NCBI GenBank assembly: GCA_964234715.1
Contig: OZ174277.1
Length of the DNA: 64,000 nt
Strand: one strand, 5' to 3'
Origin: Podarcis melisellensis
Taxonomy: Eukaryota
Below, one piece after another: positions 1 to 11,003 of the stretch. Below the pieces are notes generated by a model. That model saw only the letters and a list, made by a program, of their open reading frames with translations. It was not told the DNA's origin and did not search any database. Position 1 is the first letter of the stretch. Each line of letters starts with the position of its first letter. A program made the translations under genes and the position numbers.

Positions 1-720
1 TCTATGTGGGGCTTGGGCCTGGTTTGGAAGCGCCAACTGGTGCAAAATTCTGCAGCAAGACATTTGCTAGGAGCAGACAACTGCCCTTAACAACATGGGT
101 CCAGCATACCTTAAGGGCTCTCTGATCCCTTATATCTGTGCCCAATCACAGAACCTTTGGAGGAGTCTCTGTTAGAGGTCTCTCGTGGCTCAGATGCCAT
201 GTATCAACCAGAAGTTGTGCATTCAGTATTGTGGCCCCAAGTCTGTAGAACTCGCAGCTGAAATTAGGCAGGCCTTCTCCCTACTGAACTTCATATACTT
301 GTCAAACATCTATTGCAGCAAGCATTTTAAGGAAGTTACAATATCACCCTCCTTTGTGTAATACAGAGAGCATGTTCTCACTTCCATCAGGCTTGGCTCC
401 AGTGTGATGTCCTAGTTAGCTCTGGTCTGCTTAATGCCCTCATTTGCATCCTTTCAGTGTCAGGTAAAAACCGCTCTCTTCTCCCAGGCATTTGAAAGAT
501 AATGATGGATGTTCTGTTGTTTATTGATAACTGTTTTCTGCTGCTGAAGTTTTATTGTGTCTGTTTATGGATCTTAATAATGATTTTATTGCAATGTATT
601 CTTTTTTTGTTTTTATACTATGCATTTGGATCTTAATTTTCTTTGCTGTTACATTGCTCAAAGGCTCTTTCGCAGTTAGTGGCTGATAAGTGTAAAAAAA
701 AAGCACAAATAAATAAATAA
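1..720 (+). mobile_element. Degenerate L2 LINE 3' end
   Basis: The start resembles the L2 ORF2 C-terminus (YVGL...QLVQNSAAR). An AT-rich 3' UTR follows, ending in a (TAAA)n tail at about 707-720. Confidence 0.6.
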
Positions 721-880
721 GAGTATCTAAGTAGGACTGAGGAGACTTGGGTTCAAATATTCACTCTGCCATAAAGCACGCTGAGTGGCCTTGGACTAAT
801 TATGCTATGCCGAGAGAGACTGTCTCACAGTGTAGGTGAGATGATACAATAGACAGATTTATTCACCTCAGCAGTGAGAT
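721..880 (+). mobile_element. Old tRNA-derived SINE fragment (Squam3/MIR-like)
   Basis: B-box GGTTCAAAT at about 750; body resembles the SINE at 61734-62200. Confidence 0.55.
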
Positions 881-1551
881 TCATAAGAAGTACCATGGTA
901 TATATTTTAAAAAATAATGTTTAGATCACATTTACACCCAGACATATTCTTCAAGTGTGGGTTCTCTGAAAACAAGTAAGTCAATCTACTACATCTGTTT
1001 TGATTTTGCCTTTGCATCTATTATGAAGTAGGATGGTGGATTAAGTTGGTTCTGTCAGCCTGCATAAATTTTGCTTTCAACCATCTCATTTTAGGAATAG
1101 AGCAACTCTAGTGGCAAAACATATTGTTCTACAATCCTGGATATCTATTAAAAAATAAAGACAAGAGGACACGTTACATTTAGGAAAAAATGGGGGGAAA
1201 GTGAATGCAATTATCATAAATCCCGAATAAGCACGAATAAACCTGGGAGAAATTTTGGGCGTTATTTGAAGAGACCAAAGCTGTTGACTCATTGTTCCAG
1301 CCTCGAGCTTTGATCTTGATTTATCATCACATATGCCTTCCTTACCTCACCATCTTCACTTTTCTATCTTTTTTTCTTTCTTTTTAAAAATGTGGATAAT
1401 GGGCTGCTGACTCAAGCTGGGCTAGGAAAGCACAGAGCAGATTTGACCTCTGTATTTAGGATTTATAGTTGCTTTACTCTGCTGCCATTTTGAAAATAAA
1501 GTCTGCAAACAGAGAGATTACACTTGAGTCTGGATTTCCAACATTCAAACC

Positions 1552-1683
1552 CAGGGTAAGCCAATGTGATGCCCCTCAGATGATTTTGGACTACAGTTCC
1601 CATCATCTTGGACTCTTGGTCATGTTGCCTGGGTCTGATGGTAGTTCAACGACATCTGGAGGGCACCACGTTGGCTATCCCTG
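1552..1683. mobile_element. Palindromic hAT-type MITE (GGACTACA..CCCATCA family)
   Basis: CAGGG...CCCTG termini and internal self-complementarity; same family as 15410-15544. Confidence 0.7.
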
Positions 1684-1766
1684 CCCTAACTATTCTACCA
1701 CACTGACTCTTAAACGACTAGTATTTATACAGCGCTTTTCCCTAACTGCTCAAAGTGCTTCATATA

Positions 1767-2023
1767 CCGTATTTTTTGCTCTATAAGACTCACTTTTTCC
1801 CTCCTAAAAAGTAAGGGGAAATGTGTGTGCGTCTTATGGAGCGAATGCAGGTTGCGCAGCTATCCCAGAAGCCAGAACAGCAAGAGGGATTGCTGCTTTC
1901 ACTGTGCAGCAATCCCTCTTGCTGTTCTGGCTTCTGAGATTCAGATTTTTTTTTCTTGTTTTCCTCCTCCAAAAACTAGGTGCGTCTTGTGGTCTGGTGC
2001 GTCTTATAGAGCGAAAAATACGG
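1767..2023. mobile_element. Tc1/mariner (Tigger/pogo-like) MITE nested in a minus-strand SINE remnant
   Basis: TIRs CCGTATTTTTTGCTCTATAAGAC / GTCTTATAGAGCGAAAAATACGG, flanked by TA at 1765-66 and 2024-25. Contains an internal perfect 31-bp hairpin. Confidence 0.85.
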
Positions 2024-2948
2024 TACCTTATCTCAGTAATCTTCACAAGTCTCCCTGTAAGCCCAGTATGATTAGTTCCTAGCATGTTTGTGGCCAAGCC
2101 AGGATTTGAACTTCTGACTTCTGCTCATAGCTCATACTCTTAACTGCTATGCTAAATGAAACCCATCTTGCTCATGGGCCAGATACTGAAGTTCACAGAT
2201 ACAACTAGAATTATTCTTTTCTGCTGTATTTGCTATTTTTGTTAGAAACAGGAGAAATGCAAGAAATGCGTTTTTGATGCTGAAAAAAAGAGCAGCAGAG
2301 CTTTAGTCGTGTTTCCAAGCAAAGGTTTATGTCTCCCTTACTTCTTTCAAATGAGCAATTTTTAAGCACTATGGCCCTGGAGAGGATAGATACTATTTAT
2401 TTTATAAGCTGTAAATATAGGACAATGAATATGCTACAAAAGGAACCTCTGGATATTGGTCATAATGACGTTTTTGAGAATTTTGCATTATGCTGACTTT
2501 GAAATTTAAATGTTCACAAGTCAAGTTATGAAATGGCATTCTTCTTTCAAATACCAAACTGGTCAAAATGAAAGGTGTGAAATGCTTTAATCAGTTCTCA
2601 GATAAATTTGTTTGGATAGGATACACTCAAGATTTTCAGAACAAAAGAGGGTGTGTGAGCATGCAAGGATCTGAGTCATAGATGAGTCATTGATAGTGTT
2701 AAGATAAGCATTCAAGAAGAAAACAGAGCTGTTTTGGATTAAATACTTTAGGAATGATATTGAATTCCAAAAAGACCATAGGCATCACAAGATGCTTAGA
2801 TCAAAAGCCATAGGTTCTAGTCAATGTAACACTAAGCTATGTTTCCATTCTTCCCCTTTCTTCCCCCTACACAACTACTAAGTCTCTTCTGGACTTTCCC
2901 CTAACCCTTTGAAGCAGATCTGAGGACTATGTGGAGTTTACCACTGTA

Positions 2949-3429
2949 TAGTGGTACCTTGGGTTAAGAACTTAATTCGTTCTGGAGGTCTGTTCTTAAC
3001 CTGAAACTGTTCTTAACTTGAGAAGAAGAAGAGTCTGGATTTGATATCCCGCCTTTCACTCCCTTTAAGGAGTCTCAAAGCGGCTAACATTCTCCTTTCC
3101 CTTCCTCCCCCACGACAAACACTCTATAAGGTGAGTGGGGCTGAGAGACTTCAAAGAAGTGTGACTGGCCCAAGGTCACCCAGCAGCTGCATGTGGAGGA
3201 GCGGAGACGCGAACCCGGTTCCCCAGATTACGAAACTACCGCTCTTAACCACTACACCACACTGGCTCTTTAGCTAATAGGGCCTCCTGCTGCTGTCGCG
3301 CCACCACCACACAATTTCTGTTCTCATCCTGAAGCAAAGTTCTTAACCCGAGGTACTATTTCTGGGTTAGCAGAGTCTGTAACCTGAAGCGTCTGTAACC
3401 TGAAGCGTCTGTAACCTGAGGTACCACAG
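2949..3429. mobile_element. Tc1/mariner MITE (CAGTGGTACCTC family), interrupted by a SINE
   Basis: TIR-like ends with TA flanks. Both halves match the intact copies at 25669, 29680, 55323 and 61749. Confidence 0.85.
3021..3268 (-). mobile_element. Young full-length tRNA-derived SINE (Squam3-like) with (CTT)n tail
   Basis: Minus strand begins GAGCCAGTGTGGTGTAGTGGTTAAGAGC (A box), has GGTTCGCGTC (B-box-like), retains CpGs and ends in TCTTCTTCT. Confidence 0.85.
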
Positions 3430-4244
3430 TACTAGTGGTGATCCTTGCATATATGAGCACAACTATTTTGCTGAATACTGTCCTATGTATTTATTTATGA
3501 GATTTAAATCCCACACTGCAAAACTTTTCCTAGAGTGCTTGTGTAAGGAAGAATCTAAGAACTAGGATCAGACAAAATCTAATTTTACATCACAGAGTCC
3601 AATGGGCTGGGGACCACTTCTTCTATAATGTTCCTCAACCAGCTTGTATTTCTTTGATTACCAGTCGTTTTTAGAAAATAAATTTGACTAAGAACTTGGT
3701 ATGTTAAATCTAGAAATATAAGTCTAAAAAGGAGGAGATCATAGTGGTCATTTAAAGACTTTTATTGCATGCTTTGAGCAAAGCTAAGCATTTAAAATTC
3801 CATTAATTTTGGTACTTGAGAACATTTGGATTCTGTTCTCACAGTGGTCCATTAGGTATTCAGAGACTTAAAACCTCTGACACTGGAGGTAATACGTAAA
3901 CATTATTACTAGTTGCTATTGATAGCCTTATCCTCCTTCAAGGTAGCTATGGTGAGAATAGCTTTCAACATATCTCCCACTGCAACCAATGGAACTGAAA
4001 AATCATTAACTTTGCCTGGATCATACCCTTAATGCTGTTAGAAGGAAGAGAGTGAATGATTGTTCGATTGATCCAACAAGAATAAGCTAAGAAACAAGGA
4101 GGTTGAGTTACAATAAAATTTAGGCAAAATGTCTATGAACACTGAAGCAAGTGACTGAACCAGTAGGCCAATTGTATGCCTTCTTGCTCCACATTTTGTG
4201 TCCCAAGTGAAACAGAATAATAGTATATGGCAGATATATCATAT

Positions 4245-4741
4245 GTTGTTGTTGTTTAGTCGTTTAGTCGTGTCCGACTCTTTGTGACCCCATGGACCAG
4301 AGCACACCACGCACTCCTGTCTTCCACTGCCTCCTGCAGTTTGGTCAAACTCATGCTGGTAGCTTCGAGAACACTGCCCAAGCATCTCGTTCTCTGTCGT
4401 CCCCTTCTCCTTGTGCCCTCCATCTTTCCCAACATCAGGGTCTTTTCCAGGAAGTCTTCTCTTCTCATGAGGCGGCCAAAGTATTAGAGCCTCAGCTTCA
4501 GGATTTGTCCTTCCAGTGAGCACTCAGGGCTGATTTCCTTAAGAATGGATAGGTTTGATCTTCTTGCAGTCCATGGGACTCTCAAGAGTCTCCTCCAGCA
4601 CCATAATTCAAAAGCATCAATTCTTCGGCAATCAGCCTTCTTTATGGTCCAGTTCTCACTTCCATACATCACAACTGGGAAAACCATAGCTTTTACTATA
4701 CGGACCTTTGTTGGCAAGGTGATGTCTCTGCTTTTTAAGAT
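4245..4741 (-). mobile_element. Bov-B (RTE) LINE, 5'-truncated 3' end
   Basis: Translation KAMVFPVVMYGSENWTIKKA..RIDAFELWCWRRLLRVPWTARRSN..LEKTLMLGKMEG is the Bov-B C-terminus. (CAA)n tail; one in-frame stop. Confidence 0.95.
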
Positions 4742-5084
4742 ATATCATATACTTTCCTTCTGATGTATTTAAAAGTGTCAGTTATCCATGCTATCGTCCT
4801 TAAGCTTTTTACAACTCCCCCCCCCCCACATATACCATGGAATTTTCTATAAGCAAAGATGAATGGCATGAATTAGAATGTATCAAATGTATGAACTGTT
4901 CTCTTGCATATATCTCACTGAAAGATTTGTGTGCAATTAATACATACCGTACATTGGTAGGATGTTTTTAAAAATGTGGGTTATGGATATGAAAAATAAA
5001 CAGGAGCAAAACGTCTTATAAGTGCTTTTTTGGGTGGGAGGTGGTTTTTTTCAGTGGGCATGTGTGTCTTCATACATCCAAGTT

Positions 5085-6182
5085 CATAGAATCATAGAAT
5101 CATAGAGTTGGAAGAGACCACAAGGGCCATCGAGTCCAACCCCTGCCAAGCAGGAAACACCATCAGAGCACTCCTGACATATGGTTGTCAAGCCTCTGCT
5201 TAAAGACCTCCAAAGAAGGAGACTCCACCACACTCCTTGGCAGCAAATTCCACTGTCGAACAGCTCTTACTGTCAGGAAGTTCTTCCTAATGTTTAGGTG
5301 GAATCTTCTTTCTTGTAGTTTGGATCCATTGCTCCGTGTCCACTTCTCTGGAGCAGCAGAAAACAACCTTTCTCCCTCCTCTATGTGACAGCCATGTTCA
5401 AATATATAAAAGGATGTCACATAGAGGAGGGAGAAAGGTTGTTTTCATATCACCCCTTAACCTCCTCTTCTCCAGGCTAAACATGCCCAGCTCCCTTAGC
5501 CGTTCCTCATAAGGCATCGTGTCCAGGCCTTTGACCATTTTGGTTGCCCTCCTCTGGACACGTTCCAGTTTGTCAGTGTCCTTCTTGAACTGTGGTGCCC
5601 AGAACTGGACACAGTACTCCAGGTGAGGTCTGACCAGAGCAGAATACAGTGGCACTATTACTTCCCTTGATCTAGATGCTATACTCCTATTGATGCAGCC
5701 CAGAATTGCATTGGCTTTTTTAGCTGCTGCGTCACACTGTTGGCTCATGTCAAGTTTGTGGTCAACCAAGACTCCTAGATCCTTTTCACATGTACTGCTC
5801 TCAAGCCAGGTGTCACCCATCTTGTATTTGTGCCTCTCATTTTTTTTGCCCAAGTGCAATACTTTACATTTCTCCCTGTTAAAATTCATCTTGTTTGTTT
5901 TGGCCCAGTTCTCTAATCTGTCAAGGTCGTTTTGAAGTGTGATCCTGTCCTCTGGGGTGTTAGCCACCCCTCCCAGTTTGGTGTCATCTGCAAATTTGAT
6001 CAGGATGCCCTTGAGTCCATCATCCAAGTCGTTGATAAAGATGTTGAATAAGACCGGGCCCAAGACAGAACCCTGTGACACCCCACTAGTCACTCTTCTC
6101 CAGGATGAAGAGGAACCATTGATGAGCACCCTTTGGGTTCGGTCAGTCAGCCAGTTACAAATCCACTGAGTGGTAGTATAGT
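5085..6182 (-). mobile_element. Young CR1 LINE, 5'-truncated, RT C-terminal half
   Basis: ORF 5398-6129 contains [22 protein letters not shown] and [10 protein letters not shown] (RT motifs) and [13 protein letters not shown]. (TTCTATGA)n tail at 5085-5106. Confidence 0.95.
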
Positions 6183-6959
6183 CAAATTCAGTCTTGGGTT
6201 AAACCTGGAAAATATGGCTTTGTGATGTCTACTGATCCAACGGTAATATTTGTTCCTCCACTAAAATCACTATAAATGGTTACATAAATGGTTACTAACA
6301 GCCCATTAGTAAAGATGGACAGGAGACTAATACTCTGGGAGTGTTGTGTAAATCTGTTTGGATGTAATTTCCCAGAAGCTTTTGCATAAATGCTCAGTGT
6401 GGTGCATGAATGAAGCATGAAAGCAGTCTTTGTACCATAGTAAAACTGCAAACAGAAGAAATTAAAACACACCAGATCCATAGCACTGTTGAAGGCTAAT
6501 GACTAGTCACACATGCATGCAGCTTACTTGATTTCTCTATACTTGATGACTGGCAACAGAATAGTGTGGCCTTTTAGATAGGGCAGTGTAAAATTTATAT
6601 CACTGGGGTTTGATATGTGATGGTCATAGGTGATCTCAGGTACTGGGAATCAACAATAACAATGTTAATATGAGACAGTATGGAAAACTGCACACACATG
6701 GGGCACTGCTGGTGCATGGCTTGTCTGAAGCGGCAAGGAACATAGGAATTGTTCTCTCTTTAACACTGCATAGTGCCAAACCTGCCAACTAAGATGTTCC
6801 CACACAGGTTTTGGATGTAGTGATGCAGCATAGTCCATCTTTGCAACTGCACAGCTGCTAGTCTACACAGTAGATACGGGAAATCATAGCATCAGTGTGG
6901 ATGGATCACACAGTGCAGTAAAATGTTGTGTGTATAGATAAAAATGGTGCCCATCCCCA

Positions 6960-7428
6960 ATTATTGTTTTTTAGTCGTTTAGTCGTGTCTGACTCTTCGT
7001 GACCCCATGGACCAGAGCACGCCAGGCACTCCTGTCTTCCACTGCCTCCCGCAGTTTGGTCAAACTCATGCTGGTAGCTTCGAGAACACTGTCCAACCAT
7101 CTTGTCCTCTGCCGTCCCCTTCTCCTTGTGCCCTCCATCTTTCCCAACATCAGGGTCTTTTCCAGGGAGTCTTCTCTTCTCATGAGGTGGGCAAAGTATT
7201 GGAGCCTCAGCTTCAGGATTTGTCCTTCCAGTGAGCACTCAGGGCTGATTTCCTTAAGAATGGATAGGTTTGATCTTCTTGCAGTCCATGGGACTCTCAA
7301 GAGTCTCCTCCAGCACCATAATTCAAAAGCATAAATTTTTTGGCGATCAGCCTTCTTTATGTTCCCGCTCTCACTTCCATACATCACTACTGGGAAAACC
7401 ATAGCTTTCACTATACGGACCTTTGTTG
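6960..7428 (-). mobile_element. Bov-B (RTE) LINE, second 5'-truncated copy
   Basis: ORF 6971-7453 carries the same Bov-B C-terminus and is nearly identical to 4245-4741. Confidence 0.95.
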
Positions 7429-7802
7429 ACCTGTCCCCAATAGTTATTCTCAAATTTCTGACAGCACCTTAACCAAATCTAGCATACTGGTCTTTAGTTC
7501 TCTTCAAGGGTTCAAAGAACTTGTGGGGGCTTAAAGTCAGGAGAAGATACACATGCAAGCTTTGTCCTTAACATTCCCACATGGGCTTTTCTTGTTCAAC
7601 TATGAAGAAAGTGCTTAAACATCTGAATCCCTTAAATGTAGGAAAAGGAGGGGTAAGAATTTTCATTCAGGAGAGGTAAGAATTTTGTGAAAATATATGT
7701 GGCAACATTTTCAAACAAGTGATTCCACAAATGAATCGTAAGGTGGTGTGAGGACTCCACCATATGCCCTCTTGAATGTCTGAATAGGCTCTTGGTAACT
7801 TT

Positions 7803-8158
7803 GGGACGCGGGTGGCGCTGTGGGTAAAACCTCAGCGCCTAGGACTTGCTGAGCGCCAGGTCGGCGGTTCAAATCCCCGCGGCGGGGTGCGCTCCCATTG
7901 CTCGGTCCCAGCGCCTGCCAACCTAGCAGTTCGAAAGCACCCCCGGGTGCAAGTAGATAAATAGGGACCGCTTACTAGCGGGAAGGTAAACGGCATTTCT
8001 GTGTGCTGCGCTGGCTCGCCAGATGCAGCTTGTCACGCTGGCCACGTGACCCGGAAGTGTCTTCGGACAGCGCTGGCCCCTGGCCTCTTAAAGTGAGATG
8101 GGCGCACAACCCTAGAGTCGGACACGACAGGCCCGTACGGGCAGGGGTACCTTTACCT
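7803..8158 (+). mobile_element. Sauria SINE, full length
   Basis: GGGACGCGGGTGGCGCTGTGG head, GGTTCAAATCC B box, Bov-B-like GAGTCGGACACGAC tail and ACCTTTACC end. Confidence 0.9.
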
Positions 8159-10134
8159 ATGGGGATGTTCTGTGGGAGCACAGATTTCTGGACAAGAATG
8201 TTGGGAATCGTCCCTGAAAGCATCATTACATGACCCATGAATTAAGGATGTCCTAAACCCATTGCTGTGATAGCTTACACAATATACCTCCCAGTGGCCT
8301 TTGAATGATTCCCCCCATGTGCTACTGGAGCGATCTTCTTGATTTTGAGAAGCCCACCATAGAAAAGCTTTGCACAAAAATACAAAAACTCCATTTAAGT
8401 GCGCTGACCCCTAATGATACAAATAGGCATGATATTTATGGCCAACCTCTTCCTACTGTCATGTTAATGTTACTCAAACAATCTTAACAATTATGTAGTA
8501 AGAGCAGCTTTACTTTCTGCTGTGGCATTTTCCTATCAGTAAGCTGAAGGGAAATCCTAGGTGGCAATGACATTCTGCAGTCTTACGCATAGCTTTCGCC
8601 TCTGACTAGGAGGAGAGACATGCCAAGACTTGCTTCAACCTCCCTTCTAGAATCCTCCTGCACATTTAACCCTCCTTCAGGCCATCTGTGCATTAAGGGT
8701 CATATATTTTTTTACCTTATTGCCTTGGCTCTTGTCTAGCGTAACTGGAAAACAAATGACTGTGTGTAATGTAGAACTGTGCATGGCTTTAGTTAAAAGG
8801 GAATCCTAGGAAATTCTGGATGTGGTTTGTGAAATTTGCTGGACAGCAACAATATTTGTTACGTTGCTCTCTCTGGGTCTACATGGGAATCGCTGACTAC
8901 TACTCTCAAGTCATGTGCATCGGTGTAGCCCCACTAAGTCAACTGAAACAGGTGGAGTTGTATTGTGACTTATGTTTAAGTCAACATTAGGCAGTAACAG
9001 CCGCTCATTATATCCATAAGCAGGGTAGAAACAACCACACGGTTTGCCTGTTCCACAAGTTTTGGCCTGGTGTCATTTATATCAAAAGCAAAGTAAGAAT
9101 GAACACTTATATTTCAGCAGTGATGTAATTTACGGCTTTACTTGAAAGCAAGTCCCATTGATTTTAACTAAAATATTTTTAAATAAGTATATTTAGAAGT
9201 CCTTGCAAATGAACACCCAGAAGAAAATAGGCTCCCTTCTTTCCCTCTCCCAAAGTCTGCACACTGACTAGCTAAAAGGGGGGGGGGATAAATCAGCTGT
9301 TCTAGTTTAGGAAGGCTTCCTTCTCCAGTTCATAGCCAGAGGGTGGGGTAGTTTTTACTTACCACAGGTAATCAGATGAGTTGCTATTTATAAAATGGGT
9401 TTTGGGATTTACATATCCTCCTTCAACTGAAAAGGACATTTTCCAAAATAAGAAAAAGTGTTATAAATTCATTAACCTTTAAATATTTCACATACAATCT
9501 CTCTTAGTTTTCAGATGATGGAGAAATGGTCTGTTGAAAAAGAGTTGTGTATTAAAATAGATGTTTTGCAGAGTGTCATCTGATCTAAGGGCAGCAGCTC
9601 TGATATCATTTTAGAGCAAGGCAAAGACCTATTTATTTGCCTGGGTTTTTGAACTGAAAGCCTAACTGTGGTTTCATGCATTCCGTTGTATTTTATGGTT
9701 GGTTTTTAACTGTTTGACGATTTCTGTTTTCTGCTGTTTGTTGATTGTGCAGTATGATTATTGCTGCTGGTGTTTATTTGTTGTTGTAACCTCTGTGTTG
9801 TTGCTGCTGGCATCTCTCTATCTCGAGAGACAACAGATTATTCCCTGGTAACTCAACCTGAAAGTTTCATTGAAGGGCCACACAGAAATATTTTAAATAC
9901 AAATAAATACAAAAGCAAGCCAACAATGCAGTGGGTTGTAGAAAGTGAAAAATCTTAGTGCAGTGCTTCCTTATACATGTATAAAATTATGGCTGATTGG
10001 GAGGTCTTACAAAACAGATCTCCTTCCTCCTGTCCCTTCTCTAAAACTTACATTTTTTTACTTTGCTTTAAAAGGCAGCTGGGCGCACTGTGAATCACAT
10101 TGCTGGCAAGACCCCAGCCACCACTGCCTTAACT

Positions 10135-10324
10135 TAGGCTTGCCATCCGTCAGGAAAATTCCTGACACGTCCTGGTTTTCCAGTGCAAAAATGGCGTCAG
10201 GGGAATTTTGCTGAAACAGCAAAATGTCAGGGAAAACCCAGATGTATGGCAACGCAATGAGAAAAGCAGCGGAAACGGCTCAGAAAGCTTAAGGAATTTT
10301 ACTTTTTGAAATATGGCAACCCTA
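10135..10324. mobile_element. Non-autonomous DNA transposon (hAT-like, TAGGGTTGCCA-type TIR)
   Basis: TAGGCTTGCCAT...ATGGCAACCCTA, with flanking direct repeat GCCTTAACT at 10126-10134 and 10325-10333. Confidence 0.75.
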
Positions 10325-10818
10325 GCCTTAACTTCCCAGATATCTATGAAAATTTTATGGAAATTTGTTTCTGTGCCTGTGTCCCAGGGCCTTTAAGTCC
10401 TTGCAATGCCATGTCTGCATTTGCTTTTGATGGACCTAGTCAGAGTCCTTAGGACTGGATAGAGAACCCTCGAAGGCAACACTGGGGACCTAGGCAGGAG
10501 GTTCCTCACCCCTGCTCTAGGTAATACTACACCAACTCCAAAGATTTGGGTTGAGATCTCAACTTTTAGACTCTTTTTGAAGCATAAGAAGAGTCCTGTC
10601 TCCCACTTTCTAGCAGGCCTTTGTGTAAGAGTTAATCACACAGATGTCATGTTGCACCTTCATCCAGCAGATAAGGAGTGGGGACCTCTGTCCTGCCAAG
10701 GGATTTCTTCAAGGGTTCTGCTGGGGATTGTAGGCCAGTAATGGATGGGATCAAAGTCTGTGTGGGCAGTACTAGAGCCAAAAGTGCATGTTCCCCTTTT
10801 CAGTGTGACCAGAAACAA

Positions 10819-11003
10819 NNNNNNNNNNNNNNNNNNNNNNNNNNNNNNNNNNNNNNNNNNNNNNNNNNNNNNNNNNNNNNNNNNNNNNNNNNNNNNNNNN
10901 NNNNNNNNNNNNNNNNNNNNNNNNNNNNNNNNNNNNNNNNNNNNNNNNNNNNNNNNNNNNNNNNNNNNNNNNNNNNNNNNNNNNNNNNNNNNNNNNNNNN
11001 NNN
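10819..11003. other. Assembly gap (185 N)
   Basis: Run of N. Confidence 1.

Noticed and set aside
3190-3268. tRNA genes (also at about 7803, 23150 and 61734)
   Set aside because: The A/B boxes belong to SINE heads that continue into SINE bodies and tails, with no complete cloverleaf.
5398-6129. Functional reverse transcriptase gene
   Set aside because: 5'-truncated CR1 lacking the endonuclease and N-terminal RT motifs, and broken by an internal inversion.
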